From positions 310,001 through 374,000 of the IMG/VR virus record IMGVR_UViG_3300044680_000280: 64,000 bases of DNA; one strand, given 5' to 3'. This document shows positions 27,967 to 37,878 of the stretch, piece by piece; positions within the stretch are counted from its first letter, which is position 1, and every line of letters starts with the position of its first letter. The notes beneath the pieces are model-generated. The model ran no database searches and was not told where the DNA came from. It was given only the letters and a program-made list of their open reading frames with translations. The translations under genes and the position numbers were made by a program.

Positions 27967-28317
27967 GTGACACCCCTCGCTGAAGTCGCTCGGTCCCTTC
28001 TCTGCGAGGGCGGTCTCGTTGCCCGCCAGTGGGCTCAAGACACGTCGAGGGAAGGTGTACGGTGGATTTTCATGGAGAAGCCAGAAGGACTCTCTGAAGA
28101 CGAACTGGCACTCGCCGCGGGACTCGTGGAGATGATGGCCGAGAGGGCCGGGCAACTTCCCCCCGACTGGACCGCCTCGGTTACCCGTCAGGGGGAACCG
28201 ATCTACCTCTTTGACCCCTCGCTGTTCCGATCCCGTAGGATGGCAGAGGAAGGTGGTCCGGAGCCCCTTCGGCGACGGGGTATCTACGCCATGCCCAATT
28301 TTCTGACGTGGGCGTAG
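27967..28317 (+). CDS. hypothetical protein resembling the partner protein of DUF6036-type nucleotidyltransferase pairs
   Basis: LAAGLVEMMAERAGQLPPDW...PEPLRRRGIYAMPNFLTWA pattern recalled from memory. Confidence 0.5.
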   Translation: MTPLAEVARSLLCEGGLVARQWAQDTSREGVRWIFMEKPEGLSEDELALAAGLVEMMAERAGQLPPDWTASVTRQGEPIYLFDPSLFRSRRMAEEGGPEPLRRRGIYAMPNFLTWA

Positions 28318-28340
28318 CTGAGCGGTGTAACAGCCTTGTT

Positions 28341-28730
28341 ATGAGCGATCACGCCAAGGTTGTAGAGGACGCCAAGTCGCTCGTAGCAGCGATTAACACC
28401 CTGAGGGGGTTCGGCATCGGGATCCCCCAGGAGTTCGCTCGACTCGGTCAGTTTGCCGAGAGCCTCCTTGAAGCCGTCGAACACTTCGATCGGTGGAACA
28501 CGGAGAACTGCTCCGATGAGCAATCCGTCAAAAACGCCCAGGAGGATCGCGATAAGGTCGAGGCCAAACTAGAAGAGGAGCAGGAGCTACGCAGGATCTA
28601 CCAGGAGAAGCTGTACAAGGCGAAAGACTGGCTTCGAAAGCTGTGTGACGTAGAGTACATCTACAGAGAATCGACCCTTCTCCTAGCGCTCGAGGACCTT
28701 AGGGTGCCTGACCCATATGGTAAGTTGTAG
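28341..28730 (+). CDS. coiled-coil protein
   Basis: A-motif at 28323. Confidence 0.7.
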   Translation: MSDHAKVVEDAKSLVAAINTLRGFGIGIPQEFARLGQFAESLLEAVEHFDRWNTENCSDEQSVKNAQEDRDKVEAKLEEEQELRRIYQEKLYKAKDWLRKLCDVEYIYRESTLLLALEDLRVPDPYGKL

Positions 28731-28797
28731 ACGGTGAACCCAAAGGCCTCAAAAAGAGTGAGACCAACGTCAATTTCGTCGGTGTAGACTTTACCCA

Positions 28798-29250
28798 GTG
28801 GATCCCGTATTCGTAAAAGTCAACGCCCGCGTCGATGCATCAGCGTCGGCCCTCGTCGTGGCCCTAAGTGAGTTCCCCGAGCTCTGCGTGACTGACAGTT
28901 GGGGTGTCGAGTCCTCCTCGCCTACTGTGGACGTATGGTTCACGTACGGGCGGACCCTTCACGAAGCAGCGGAATTCCTCGTGTGGCTCCCCGAGCACAT
29001 GCCCATTTTCCATGACCACGGCGCTACGTTGAAGGGTCGGAGCGTGAGGGTGCCAGACAAAGGAAAGACCCTCGTGTTCGAGTTGAGCGTGCTGCCTGAA
29101 CTCGTCGACCACGTTGCCTCAAACCTCTGTAAGCTGAGTCGTGAGTACAACGGTGAAACATACCCGCCCGTGCCTCCCCCGCAACCCGCGCTGCTCGAGG
29201 CGGCCCCCAAGTCCGAGATCCAACGAGTCCCGACCCGGCGGAAGAGGTAG
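28798..29250 (+). CDS. hypothetical protein
   Basis: A-motif at 28780; GTG start. Confidence 0.7.
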   Translation: MDPVFVKVNARVDASASALVVALSEFPELCVTDSWGVESSSPTVDVWFTYGRTLHEAAEFLVWLPEHMPIFHDHGATLKGRSVRVPDKGKTLVFELSVLPELVDHVASNLCKLSREYNGETYPPVPPPQPALLEAAPKSEIQRVPTRRKR

Positions 29251-29424
29251 TCAGTCCCTCGAGAAGTCTGTTACTTCTTTCGCAAAGTTCGTGATGCGGG
29301 TACGCGCCTTGCCAAGCACGGAGTCCTTCCCGATATTCTTGATCTTCTTTTGGATCTTGTACGTGGCGACGGCTCCGACGGCGACTCCGCTGATGAACGT
29401 GGCGGCAAAAATGTATAGAATCAT
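29251..29424 (-). CDS. small single-TM protein
   Basis: AAGGAG SD; hydrophobic N-terminus. Confidence 0.65.
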   Translation of the reverse strand: MILYIFAATFISGVAVGAVATYKIQKKIKNIGKDSVLGKARTRITNFAKEVTDFSRD

Positions 29425-29876
29425 AGGATCTCCTTGGTGACCGGTGACCTGTGTGGGTCGTGAACTCGAACCCCGTCCTCGTAAATACTCTCCGCAAGTT
29501 CGTGAACAATCACACTTGTGAGGAACTGGCGCATGAATTCCCGCCAGTAGTTTTTGGTGAGTTCTGATCCGCTCTCCTCGTAGCTGGTCATCCGTGTGAA
29601 AGACACCTCTACGACCGGGGCGCGCGGCTCGAAGTGGCCATCTCTGGATACCACCCGAGTGTAACACTTGACCAGGATGCCGTTTTCGTCAGCATCGGCG
29701 CTGAGGTTTTCGATCCAAGGGAACGCCGACGGACTCAATTGGAAGGTCCGAGCAAACGCCTGAAGTTCCTCGATGACCCTCTTTTGCTTGGAATCGGGCC
29801 TGAAATGGCAGTCCGAGTAGACATAAATGCCCATGGCCGGCGGGGGCGCGACCTGTCTGATGTTCGGGCTCACCAC
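29421..29876 (-). CDS. conserved phage-type hypothetical protein
   Basis: A-motif at 29886; HELAES..DGVRVHDPH. Confidence 0.7.
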   Translation of the reverse strand: MVSPNIRQVAPPPAMGIYVYSDCHFRPDSKQKRVIEELQAFARTFQLSPSAFPWIENLSADADENGILVKCYTRVVSRDGHFEPRAPVVEVSFTRMTSYEESGSELTKNYWREFMRQFLTSVIVHELAESIYEDGVRVHDPHRSPVTKEIL

Positions 29877-29925
29877 TCCAACAAATACACCGGGAAGGCA
29901 GGTTCCGTTGGTGTAATGGTAAGGC

Positions 29926-30396
29926 ATGAGCTTCAAAAGCCAACTCGTCCGGTTCGGGCTCCCTCTCATGCTTCGCACCCACAGCGACATCGAAGCCGTT
30001 TGGGAGAAAGAGTCGAAGCCCGCCCTGACCATGCTCGGAACGGTCAAGGAAATCTGCAAGACCGCTACCGATCTGAAGAAAACCAGCGGCCATGGAGCCG
30101 CCGGCACCTTTCAGATCAATGACGCCTGGCTCATGAGGACCATCGAAAAACACTGCGCGAAGTACCAGCTCGACTACAACAATCCGGTGGGGTCACCTGA
30201 CGACGTCCACTACACACTCGAACCCAAACATACGATCGGGTACCTCGTCAAACACAGTCTGACCGGTTACACGCTCGAGGTGATTGAGGCACTCGATGTT
30301 CGACTCACGGTGCTTCGTCGGTTCGGACGCCTCGCGGGTTGCAGTCTGACGATCGTCACTCGAGAAGAGAAAAGCGGTCCCGTTAAGGTGGTCTAG
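29926..30396 (+). CDS. hypothetical protein
   Basis: TGGTGTA at 29909. Confidence 0.7.
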   Translation: MSFKSQLVRFGLPLMLRTHSDIEAVWEKESKPALTMLGTVKEICKTATDLKKTSGHGAAGTFQINDAWLMRTIEKHCAKYQLDYNNPVGSPDDVHYTLEPKHTIGYLVKHSLTGYTLEVIEALDVRLTVLRRFGRLAGCSLTIVTREEKSGPVKVV

Positions 30397-30399
30397 CCC

Positions 30400-30663
30400 C
30401 TAACTGTACTCCTTCTCAATTCCGTCGTCAGCCCACGGTCCAGTTGGGGCATCGATCGGATCGTCCTGTCCCCGCGCATCGATGCACAGATCGTGCGCCT
30501 CTTGAAGCACACCGTTGAGTATCGCTTGTTGGTTTTGGTTTCGATCGTTGCTGGCCACCCCCAGTGCACGACCGATCTTGCTTTGGAGGCGACCGATCAC
30601 GATGAGCAGGTCCCGACGTGTGGGTTTACGCCTGTCGTTCCGCCTATTGCTCTGCGATTTCAT
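30400..30663 (-). CDS. hypothetical protein
   Basis: ATGA overlap. Confidence 0.6.
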   Translation of the reverse strand: MKSQSNRRNDRRKPTRRDLLIVIGRLQSKIGRALGVASNDRNQNQQAILNGVLQEAHDLCIDARGQDDPIDAPTGPWADDGIEKEYS

Positions 30664-30717
30664 CGAGTGCGTCGCTGTGCGTCCGTCAGAGGGTCCGAGT
30701 AATACGTTATCCGCACC

Positions 30718-31059
30718 TTATCGCCGATGACAGAGATAACAGAAACCGCCCTTGCTGCGTTTATCCCCATGACGTTCGGATCTCTCACACTCTTCGAGAG
30801 AGTCGTACTTGTATTCTGGAAGAACGTCGTCGTCGCACAGATCGGGTGCCGCCTTTCGGACCCGTTTGACGACGAGAAGCCCGTTCCGTAAAACGGCACG
30901 TTCTTCGGTCTCCGCCTCGAACTCCTCGTCGATCATGGCCAGCGCCTCGACGTCACGATCGAGCTTGGCGAGCAGCTCTGGCTTCAGTGTGTCTCCAAGC
31001 TCCTGAAGGTCGAGTAACTCTTGGGGTGTGAGATAAATTTTGTGAATCGGGATTCGCAT
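30718..31059 (-). CDS. hypothetical protein
   Basis: B-promoter at 31100. Confidence 0.7.
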   Translation of the reverse strand: MRIPIHKIYLTPQELLDLQELGDTLKPELLAKLDRDVEALAMIDEEFEAETEERAVLRNGLLVVKRVRKAAPDLCDDDVLPEYKYDSLEECERSERHGDKRSKGGFCYLCHRR

Positions 31060-31101
31060 TTCCGTCTCTTGGATGGAGTACAGCGCGCACGATGGTGGAG
31101 T

Positions 31102-31425
31102 TCAAGCCGATTTTTTCTTGACCGCCTGGTTGATGTCCAGCAGGGCCCGACAGATCTGACAGACATCGCAGGTGCATGGGGACTCTGTCTTGTTCGCGTT
31201 AAGGCGTTCTCCTGCCAATCGGGCGCCTTTTCGCAGGATTCCCCGGATCTGTTTGAGCACCTTCTTCTTCTCGTTCAACTCGGCATGGATGACGTCCGTC
31301 TGCTCGTTGGTCGTCGTGAGCATCATGTCGAGCTCTTCAATACGGGTTTTCAGCCCGTCGTTTTCGGTGGTGAGTTTTTTGATCACCATCTTGTAGCCTC
31401 TCGAAATCAGATCTAGAGTGCTCAT
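31102..31425 (-). CDS. coiled-coil protein with CxCxxC
   Basis: A-motif at 31436. Confidence 0.7.
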   Translation of the reverse strand: MSTLDLISRGYKMVIKKLTTENDGLKTRIEELDMMLTTTNEQTDVIHAELNEKKKVLKQIRGILRKGARLAGERLNANKTESPCTCDVCQICRALLDINQAVKKKSA

Positions 31426-31506
31426 GTCACATCTTTACACCGAAAACCGCCTCGCTCGGGGTTGAAATGGCCTTTCGCTCCGGACGGTTCGGTGTAAGGA
31501 TGGGGT

Positions 31507-32154
31507 ATGGGCCAAACGACCGAGACGAACCCTCTCCTCTGCGTTGATTGCGGCGCTCCAGAGGACTCCCCATGCTCTCCGACGTGTTCCGTGCACTCCG
31601 TTCCCCCGTGCCCCGAATGCGGCGCCCCGGCCGATACGGACTGTCTCCCTTCGTGCTCTGAAGTAGAGGTGGAGGTAGAGGAACCGCCCTCCGACGAGTT
31701 CTTGGACAAGATCATTGAGTGCTATGCATGTTCCCCGCCGGAAGTTGAGACTCGGATGAGATACTCGATCGAACTTCTGGCGTGGCTCATTTCTGTGTAC
31801 CCCGTGTCCGTTAAGGCGGGGGACATGGACGGAATCGAGCTTCCTTGCGAAATCGATCTTGCGAAATTTCTCGGCCTCCTCGATGAGGTATCCTGGGTCG
31901 GAATTACCAACACATTCCCGGCTACCCGTACCCTCAGTTACGGCGCCGCTGTCGAGGGTGTGTACAGAGGGAGACATGTCGTCGTCATGCTTTTTACTCG
32001 AGCTCCGGACAACGTCAAACCTGCGTACGAGATGGTCGTGAATGAGGGAGGCAAGGAGCTCACGTTCGTCAAGCTCGAGGAGCCGCCGACAACTGACGTT
32101 GCTCCGACTGCGGAGCCCGCGGCAGCCCCATCTGAGGCAGCTACGGGGACTTGA
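31507..32154 (+). CDS. acidic protein with duplicated Cys-rich N-terminus
   Basis: CVDCGAP..SPCSPTC / CPECGAP..TDCLPSC; A-motif at 31490. Confidence 0.75.
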   Translation: MGQTTETNPLLCVDCGAPEDSPCSPTCSVHSVPPCPECGAPADTDCLPSCSEVEVEVEEPPSDEFLDKIIECYACSPPEVETRMRYSIELLAWLISVYPVSVKAGDMDGIELPCEIDLAKFLGLLDEVSWVGITNTFPATRTLSYGAAVEGVYRGRHVVVMLFTRAPDNVKPAYEMVVNEGGKELTFVKLEEPPTTDVAPTAEPAAAPSEAATGT

Positions 32155-32155
32155 C

Positions 32156-32236
32156 GTGATCGTTTACTACCTTTTCGGAGCATTTGCGGGCATGTGCCTC
32201 CTGGCGTTCGTCGTTGGCATGCTTTGGCCCCGCTGA
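32156..32236 (+). CDS. 26-aa membrane peptide
   Basis: VIVYYLFGAFAGMCLLAFVVGMLWPR. Confidence 0.45.
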   Translation: MIVYYLFGAFAGMCLLAFVVGMLWPR

Positions 32237-32293
32237 AGTCGGTTGAACCTTTCGACGTCTCGCGTTGTATTCTTCTCCAGAAGGGGAACGACA

Positions 32294-32488
32294 ATGACTC
32301 GAAGCATGGCGGTTCAGCTCGACAAAAAGGGCGACATTTACGTGGACAATTGGGAGGACGGTTTCGGGGTGTTCGGCACGGAATCGGGCTTCTGCTACGA
32401 GCTGTGCTCTGACAGGGGGACTGCTGAGGAGCAGGCAAAGAACCTCCGTGAGAAGCTCGGCATCGTTTCGTGGGGTCAGGATCTGTGA
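32294..32488 (+). CDS. hypothetical protein
   Basis: B-promoter at 32243 plus SD. Confidence 0.7.
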   Translation: MTRSMAVQLDKKGDIYVDNWEDGFGVFGTESGFCYELCSDRGTAEEQAKNLREKLGIVSWGQDL

Positions 32489-32700
32489 TGCCCGAGACCC
32501 ATCGGCACATCGAGGCGAAGTGCGAGAGCTGCGGAGCAAAACTTCGCGTTCGCGTCGGCCTCAAGTCGACCGCCCGTTCGATCAACTGCTCGTGTGGGGT
32601 CCGGTATGTGTACTCGTGCTGGAATCTTCGAGAGTTGCCGGATGGAGGGGGTTTCGTCGACAAGTTCGAGGCGTATCCGATTCCGAAAAAGACCCGGTGA
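32488..32700 (+). CDS. Zn-ribbon protein
   Basis: CESCG...CSCG. Confidence 0.6.
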   Translation: MPETHRHIEAKCESCGAKLRVRVGLKSTARSINCSCGVRYVYSCWNLRELPDGGGFVDKFEAYPIPKKTR

Positions 32701-32787
32701 CTTTCACTGCCGGGGTGCTAAAGTGTATCCCAATGACGTTGTGCGCGTTTGCGGCGCGTCAGGTTGAGCCCCCGTAAGGGGGCTCAG

Positions 32788-33222
32788 TCATTTTGTCACC
32801 ATCGGGTTCTCTTTGTAGACCGGTGTGATGACGACGTTGGGGTTTGGTAGGTCGTCGCCGTCGTCGTCGTAGCACTCGTAATTCCAAATAGACCATCGGG
32901 CGAACTGCATTGAGTTGATGGCGGCGGCTAGTTCGCTCGGGTAGATGATCGACGCGATGTCCGCCGAATTAATGGCAACACCTTTGATCAAGTCGATTTG
33001 ACCGAAGGTGTCCGTACTTGGGTCATCATTCTTTCGAAACAGGATGGTGCACAGCCCTGGGTATCGAATCTTCCCACTGATGCGGCCTTCCACGATTTGC
33101 CAGCCATTTCCCAGGGGAATGTCCGAGAGTTGGACACGGTAGTACACCACCTCAAGAGATGGCCTCACCCCTTCGTGTGGGATAGTAGCTCCGCAATTCG
33201 GACATTCGATGGGTGTGGTCAT
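32788..33222 (-). CDS. hypothetical protein sharing a domain with 6701-7528
   Basis: DIPLGNGW...GQIDLIKG. Confidence 0.65.
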   Translation of the reverse strand: MTTPIECPNCGATIPHEGVRPSLEVVYYRVQLSDIPLGNGWQIVEGRISGKIRYPGLCTILFRKNDDPSTDTFGQIDLIKGVAINSADIASIIYPSELAAAINSMQFARWSIWNYECYDDDGDDLPNPNVVITPVYKENPMVTK

Positions 33223-33235
33223 GACTCGTGATCCC

Positions 33236-33565
33236 TTACGCGACTAGGGTTCCGCACCAGTAACAGTTTCGTCCGACGTCGTTGACTCGTTGGCAACTGG
33301 AGTTTGGGCACGGGGCCTCCCTCGGCGGGATGAGCTTCCACTGTCCAGTAACCCTGGCCGTATGGTGCATGTACAAAACCCTACCACGGTGTCTTGGAGC
33401 GACATACTCCACCGGGGCCATCACCCACGAGTCCTCCCCGGCATCGTTCTCTTCGTTCGGGCGGATCACGTAGCAATGGGCTCCGACGAGCATGTCCTTG
33501 ATCGAAGCGGATGTGTTGTCGCTTCCAACGAATTCCCAAACCTGCCCCACCCTCACGTCGGTCAT
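33236..33565 (-). CDS. protein with conserved C-terminal Zn-ribbon tail
   Basis: CPNSSCQRVNDVGRNCYWCG. Confidence 0.75.
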   Translation of the reverse strand: MTDVRVGQVWEFVGSDNTSASIKDMLVGAHCYVIRPNEENDAGEDSWVMAPVEYVAPRHRGRVLYMHHTARVTGQWKLIPPREAPCPNSSCQRVNDVGRNCYWCGTLVA

Positions 33566-33568
33566 GGG

Positions 33569-34156
33569 TCAATATCCGCCACGAATGTGTTTCTGAAGGT
33601 CCAGGTCAAGAGCAATGCGAGTGAGGGCATCCGCGTGGTGGAGAAACTCGTTTCTTCGGTCGAGCCTTCGCGCGGTTTCCTGATCCTCTTTATCAAAGTC
33701 ATCGGCAACGTGCCGAGCCGCACTCCTCAGTTCTTCTGCTCGAGATCGAATGTATCGTACGACCGGATCTCCGAGACGAATCTCGATCTCTTCAGGTGAT
33801 AGTCCCCCCGCGAGCATGGCAGCAATACGAGCTCGTCCATCGAGTCTGTTAAACGCCACACGAATGTTCGGGTGATCGGAGGCGAATCTCCGCATGTCTT
33901 GCACTTCGATACAAAAGCGCCAGCCTTTTTCCTCCTCATGGGTGGATGCCCGGGCACTCAGGTAGAAACCCAGGGCGGGCGGGAACACCGTTGGGTCGTC
34001 GGATGCGAGCACATTCACCGGGGTGTGCTCGTTGTTCGTGCTCAACAGAATGACACCCACGTGTATCGCCCCCATAAGGTCGAGTACGTTCGAGTACGTG
34101 GTGATGGTTTCTGGTTCGGGCATCGAGAGGTACTTCAGACACTCGCGGGTCAACAT
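33569..34156 (-). CDS. hypothetical protein
   Basis: A-motif at 34167. Confidence 0.7.
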   Translation of the reverse strand: MLTRECLKYLSMPEPETITTYSNVLDLMGAIHVGVILLSTNNEHTPVNVLASDDPTVFPPALGFYLSARASTHEEEKGWRFCIEVQDMRRFASDHPNIRVAFNRLDGRARIAAMLAGGLSPEEIEIRLGDPVVRYIRSRAEELRSAARHVADDFDKEDQETARRLDRRNEFLHHADALTRIALDLDLQKHIRGGY

Positions 34157-34367
34157 GCTCTGTTAATACACCGGGAGCCGTCGCTTCAGATGGTGTAAGA
34201 ATGGGGTATGCGCATCATCGGGCGGATCGGATACGCTGACCATCAAGATGCGAGAACCTCTCGGGGAGCTCTCGGACGAGCAGGTTGCGGCTCTTATGGC
34301 TCCGCGTACCGGTCAAGTGGGCGTTTCTGATTGAACCTTGATCCCTTCCGTGCTCTATTGACCTCCC

Positions 34368-34736
34368 ATGAGCAGCACACCCATTGAGATACCCGTTGCC
34401 ATTCGTAGGGTACGTTTCAATCCGTTACCCGGGGTATCTTTTCGCCTCACCATGTGGGAGACTCGCGAAAAGTCCCTCCTGGGGGGCAACACGATCAGTT
34501 ACCGTCTCATGATGCACGTGACGGGGCATCCGGCCGTTGAGCTCTTCAATGGAACCCAGTTCTCCGTACTCAAACACACTACGGAGTCGGATGAGGCTCT
34601 GAGCCTTCTAATGTTTTACCTTGTGTTCGCGAAAGAGGCGAACCCCGCTACTGCGAAACATCACCAGGAATTCGTCGAAAAATACGCCGTCACCCTTTGG
34701 TCCGAGGTAGAGGACCGATTTGGAGGACTCCCGTGA
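34368..34736 (+). CDS. hypothetical protein
   Basis: B-promoter at 34331. Confidence 0.7.
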   Translation: MSSTPIEIPVAIRRVRFNPLPGVSFRLTMWETREKSLLGGNTISYRLMMHVTGHPAVELFNGTQFSVLKHTTESDEALSLLMFYLVFAKEANPATAKHHQEFVEKYAVTLWSEVEDRFGGLP

Positions 34737-35080
34737 TTGAGAGAGCTGTGGAACGAGTGCGTGTAGGGGCGGCCATTGGGACAGCGTACCTGTCCACCGG
34801 GGTTGCGTATCTGTCGTCCGGTCTGGCCAAGCTGGGGGTCGTTTCCCACGGGTACGCTTGCGGTAGGCACATGGACGCTATCGATGCCCACGAGCTGTGC
34901 CACGACTGGAATGGGACCACGCGGCACATCGAACAGATGGCGCTGGAAGTCGAGCTTCAGAAGGCATGGGAACTCACCGAGGAGCTCCGCCTTCGGGAAC
35001 GACGGTTCGGCCCCCTACCTGCTGACGAAGTCAACCAGATGAAGGCTGAGTCCACCGTGCGGCTTTCGGGGTCCAAGTGA
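34733..35080 (+). CDS. hypothetical protein
   Basis: GTGA overlap, GGAGG SD. Confidence 0.6.
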   Translation: MIERAVERVRVGAAIGTAYLSTGVAYLSSGLAKLGVVSHGYACGRHMDAIDAHELCHDWNGTTRHIEQMALEVELQKAWELTEELRLRERRFGPLPADEVNQMKAESTVRLSGSK

Positions 35081-35511
35081 GCGCGGCGCCCGGCTACTAC
35101 GTGTCGGCTATAAGAGGAGAACTCGTTGCATTGCCCGCCGGACCGTTTGCAACTCATGCCGAGGCCATCGCATCCGTCGACAGTGTTCGAACGCGATGGG
35201 CGGATTTGGACCCGTCAACACACTTTGCGGCCTGGGGCACGTGCCGGGTTCGCGCGGATGGAGAGGCTGCTCCCGAGAAGCCGAAGCGCCGTGTGCGCCT
35301 GCCGCTGTTTGATCCGTTGCCGAGCAAAGGTCGATTTCGCGTGTACGTGAACTCTATCGGCTCACTCTGTTGGCGCCCCGCTGGCGCCCCGATCCCCGAT
35401 AACGGACGATGGGAAGAACTTGCACGCGTGAACATGCCGCGTGGACGAGAAACCGACCTCAACGGCGTGTTTGCTGCATATGACGCGTTGCTTAGGGTGT
35501 ACGCGTTATGA
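35077..35511 (+). CDS. hypothetical protein
   Basis: GTGA overlap; GYYVSAIRG...AGPFATHAEA phage-type motif. Confidence 0.6.
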   Translation: MSAAPGYYVSAIRGELVALPAGPFATHAEAIASVDSVRTRWADLDPSTHFAAWGTCRVRADGEAAPEKPKRRVRLPLFDPLPSKGRFRVYVNSIGSLCWRPAGAPIPDNGRWEELARVNMPRGRETDLNGVFAAYDALLRVYAL

Positions 35512-35621
35512 GTACGGATCTCTACTCTGGTGAGTGCAAGCATTCTTGTGCGTCAACCGGATAAGCATGGCTTGAACTTCTCGCTGGCCGGGCTGTACTC
35601 CCCCCAAGGAAGAAAAAACGA

Positions 35622-35852
35622 ATGATTACATTTGCAGCCGTGATGTCGTGCGACCATCCTGAATGTGAAACGAAGGTTGAAGTTAAACTTTACCTCAGGA
35701 TGAAGACTGGACGAGTCGGGTATGACGGAGGAGTGGGACGAGAAGTCCCAGAGCTGGGTTTTAATCACCCCTTAGGTTGGAGCGAGGAGCAGGACTGTTC
35801 CGGTCGGATGCGAAACTTTTGTAAGGAGCACGTCCAGGGGGAACGACGATGA
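35622..35852 (+). CDS. small Cys-containing protein
   Basis: B-promoter at 35572 plus AAGGA. Confidence 0.65.
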   Translation: MITFAAVMSCDHPECETKVEVKLYLRMKTGRVGYDGGVGREVPELGFNHPLGWSEEQDCSGRMRNFCKEHVQGERR

Positions 35853-36130
35853 AGGCCGCCGACAAGATTTGGATCTACTACCAGTTTTTCACGAAGGAGC
35901 CCGCGTTCAAGGAGATCCTTCGTGATGATCCGAGGCTCGAATGGGACGCTCCGGGCACCCCTCCGGGCACAGTCCGTTACTCCCATCGAAAAGGGGGGAA
36001 GTGGACCTACGCCAACTTCGGCAACACCAAGCAGGAAGCCGCGGACAGCGCCAATCGTTACGATTTCGAAAAGATCGCGAAACTCGAAGCCGAGATCACT
36101 AGGATCAAGGCGAGACTCGTCAAGCCGTAA
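35849..36130 (+). CDS. hypothetical protein
   Basis: ATGA overlap. Confidence 0.65.
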   Translation: MKAADKIWIYYQFFTKEPAFKEILRDDPRLEWDAPGTPPGTVRYSHRKGGKWTYANFGNTKQEAADSANRYDFEKIAKLEAEITRIKARLVKP

Positions 36131-36168
36131 AGGTTGAACTTCCCTCACTCCAGCGCTGTACTACTCCC

Positions 36169-36528
36169 ATGCTCACCAACTTTTCGATCGGTCGCCGCTA
36201 CCTTTGCACTCCAAAGGGTCGCGCCCACTTCTACTTCACGATCCTCGGTCCCGGGCCGAACTACGCGGACAAGCCGTCGAAGACGCACAAACTGTGCCGC
36301 ATCGACGTTCTCCCCGACCATCTCAACATGCCCGGCGGATCGTCCAACGGTTCCGTGGCGACCTACTCCCACTCACATTTGAAGAAATACGGGAAGCTCG
36401 TCGAGGTCAAGTCGCTCGAGGTGAAGCCTGGGGCCTTCTGTATGTACGCGGAGTATGTTACGCTCGAGGGTGAGACCGTCTCGATCAGTCTGGAGGGCGA
36501 GAACCGAGCCCCCGCGAGCCTCACATGA
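36169..36528 (+). CDS. hypothetical protein
   Basis: B-promoter at 36134. Confidence 0.7.
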   Translation: MLTNFSIGRRYLCTPKGRAHFYFTILGPGPNYADKPSKTHKLCRIDVLPDHLNMPGGSSNGSVATYSHSHLKKYGKLVEVKSLEVKPGAFCMYAEYVTLEGETVSISLEGENRAPASLT

Positions 36529-36725
36529 AAACTCGAATGACCAAGGTCGACCGTACTGCCGCGTGGTCCAGGCTCGGTAAAGAGATCTCGCGCTGGCAGA
36601 AGCTCAGTGAAACGGACCTCTTTGAGGAGGTCAAAAGGGAATGGCCCAGCGTCGTCAGCGCGACGCGCGATGAGTGCCTACGATTTCTCGTGCTCAACTT
36701 TGTGTCGCGTCACTTCGACGCGTAG
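36525..36725 (+). CDS. hypothetical protein
   Basis: ATGA overlap. Confidence 0.6.
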   Translation: MKTRMTKVDRTAAWSRLGKEISRWQKLSETDLFEEVKREWPSVVSATRDECLRFLVLNFVSRHFDA

Positions 36726-36758
36726 TAGTCGGAGTCGGAGTCGGTGTACTGATAAGGC

Positions 36759-37007
36759 ATGGACGATCCTCACGTTGAGGTTTGGGTAAAGTGTCTCCCG
36801 TGCAACGGAACGGGTGACGAGCCCCATTTGCCTTTCGAGCAGTACAAGCCCTGGGAAGTACCGCTGGACATCATTGCGACCGGTCATCCACGTCCGTGCC
36901 TCCAGTGCAATGCTCATCACACTGGGAAGCATCCTGGACGAGTTATGATTCTGGTGCCGGTGTCTGAGCTCAAGCCCGCCGTGGACCGTGGGGTGGTCGA
37001 GGCATGA
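36759..37007 (+). CDS. DnaJ-type Cys-motif small protein
   Basis: CLPCNGTG...CLQC; A-motif at 36742. Confidence 0.65.
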   Translation: MDDPHVEVWVKCLPCNGTGDEPHLPFEQYKPWEVPLDIIATGHPRPCLQCNAHHTGKHPGRVMILVPVSELKPAVDRGVVEA

Positions 37008-37303
37008 AGCCCTGCCCCAACTGCGGCTCGACGAGCCCACGGCGCTTGCACGACCCGGACACGGGGGTCTGCAAGAACGAGTACGGTTGTCTCTCCCGCT
37101 GCTGCCGACGCCGCAAGGAAGAGGACGACAAGCGATTCGGGGGCAAGCGGCGGGTGCAGTGCACCGCAACGACCGGACATCTGAGCATCACCTTCTGTGA
37201 GCTGGGAGAAGGGCACACGGGACTCCACCAACGCAATACGAAGCAGTGGGGAGGTAACTGCACGCACCCTCTGGCCGCCGCTCTCCACGCGGGGCTCGCG
37301 TAA
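37004..37303 (+). CDS. Cys/His-rich basic protein
   Basis: ATGA overlap; CPNCG. Confidence 0.55.
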   Translation: MKPCPNCGSTSPRRLHDPDTGVCKNEYGCLSRCCRRRKEEDDKRFGGKRRVQCTATTGHLSITFCELGEGHTGLHQRNTKQWGGNCTHPLAAALHAGLA

Positions 37304-37311
37304 ACCCATAC

Positions 37312-37794
37312 CTACTTCCGAAGGGCTAGCTTCGTTCCCGTGGCGACCGAGTTAACGAAGATCAAGTACCCGAGAGCGACGTACGGCATCGCGTGAAGAA
37401 TCTCGGGCATCGGGGTGATCAGGACGAGCTCGATGAGTGCGACGAAACCGAGCGCCTTTCGCTTGCAGAAAAACGCACGAGCCGTCCACTCGTAGACCGT
37501 CGGGGCGCTGAAAAGCAGGGCTCCCGCGACGATGACGAGGTAGGAGGCGAGGAGCGGCATCGGGGTCGTCGCCGTGATCGCCAGGTGGCTGATGCAGTAG
37601 GCAAACGACGGGACGACTGCTCCGAACGCCCCACCCATTAGGGTAGCAAGGCAGTTCTCCGGGCGGCACGCAACCTGAATCTGCTCGACCACACCCATCG
37701 CATTGATTTCGGTCTTCGACCGCTTCGCGCTGACCTTGCGGGCCGACTTCGGTGACTCTTCCTCGGGTCCAATGAGCTTCAGATTCGGGTTCAT
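37312..37794 (-). CDS. multi-pass membrane protein
   Basis: B-promoter at 37837, AAGGAG SD, four hydrophobic segments. Confidence 0.75.
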   Translation of the reverse strand: MNPNLKLIGPEEESPKSARKVSAKRSKTEINAMGVVEQIQVACRPENCLATLMGGAFGAVVPSFAYCISHLAITATTPMPLLASYLVIVAGALLFSAPTVYEWTARAFFCKRKALGFVALIELVLITPMPEILHAMPYVALGYLIFVNSVATGTKLALRK

Positions 37795-37878
37795 CGTTGT
37801 CTCCTTGGGAATGAGTACAACGCGACAAGTGGGAAGGTTCAAACCCCAAATGGAGTGAATCGGTGTATACGCCTATTC

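Noticed and set aside
36727-36744. (AGTCGG)3 tandem repeat before the A-motif at 36742
   Set aside because: Short, single instance; no evidence of function.
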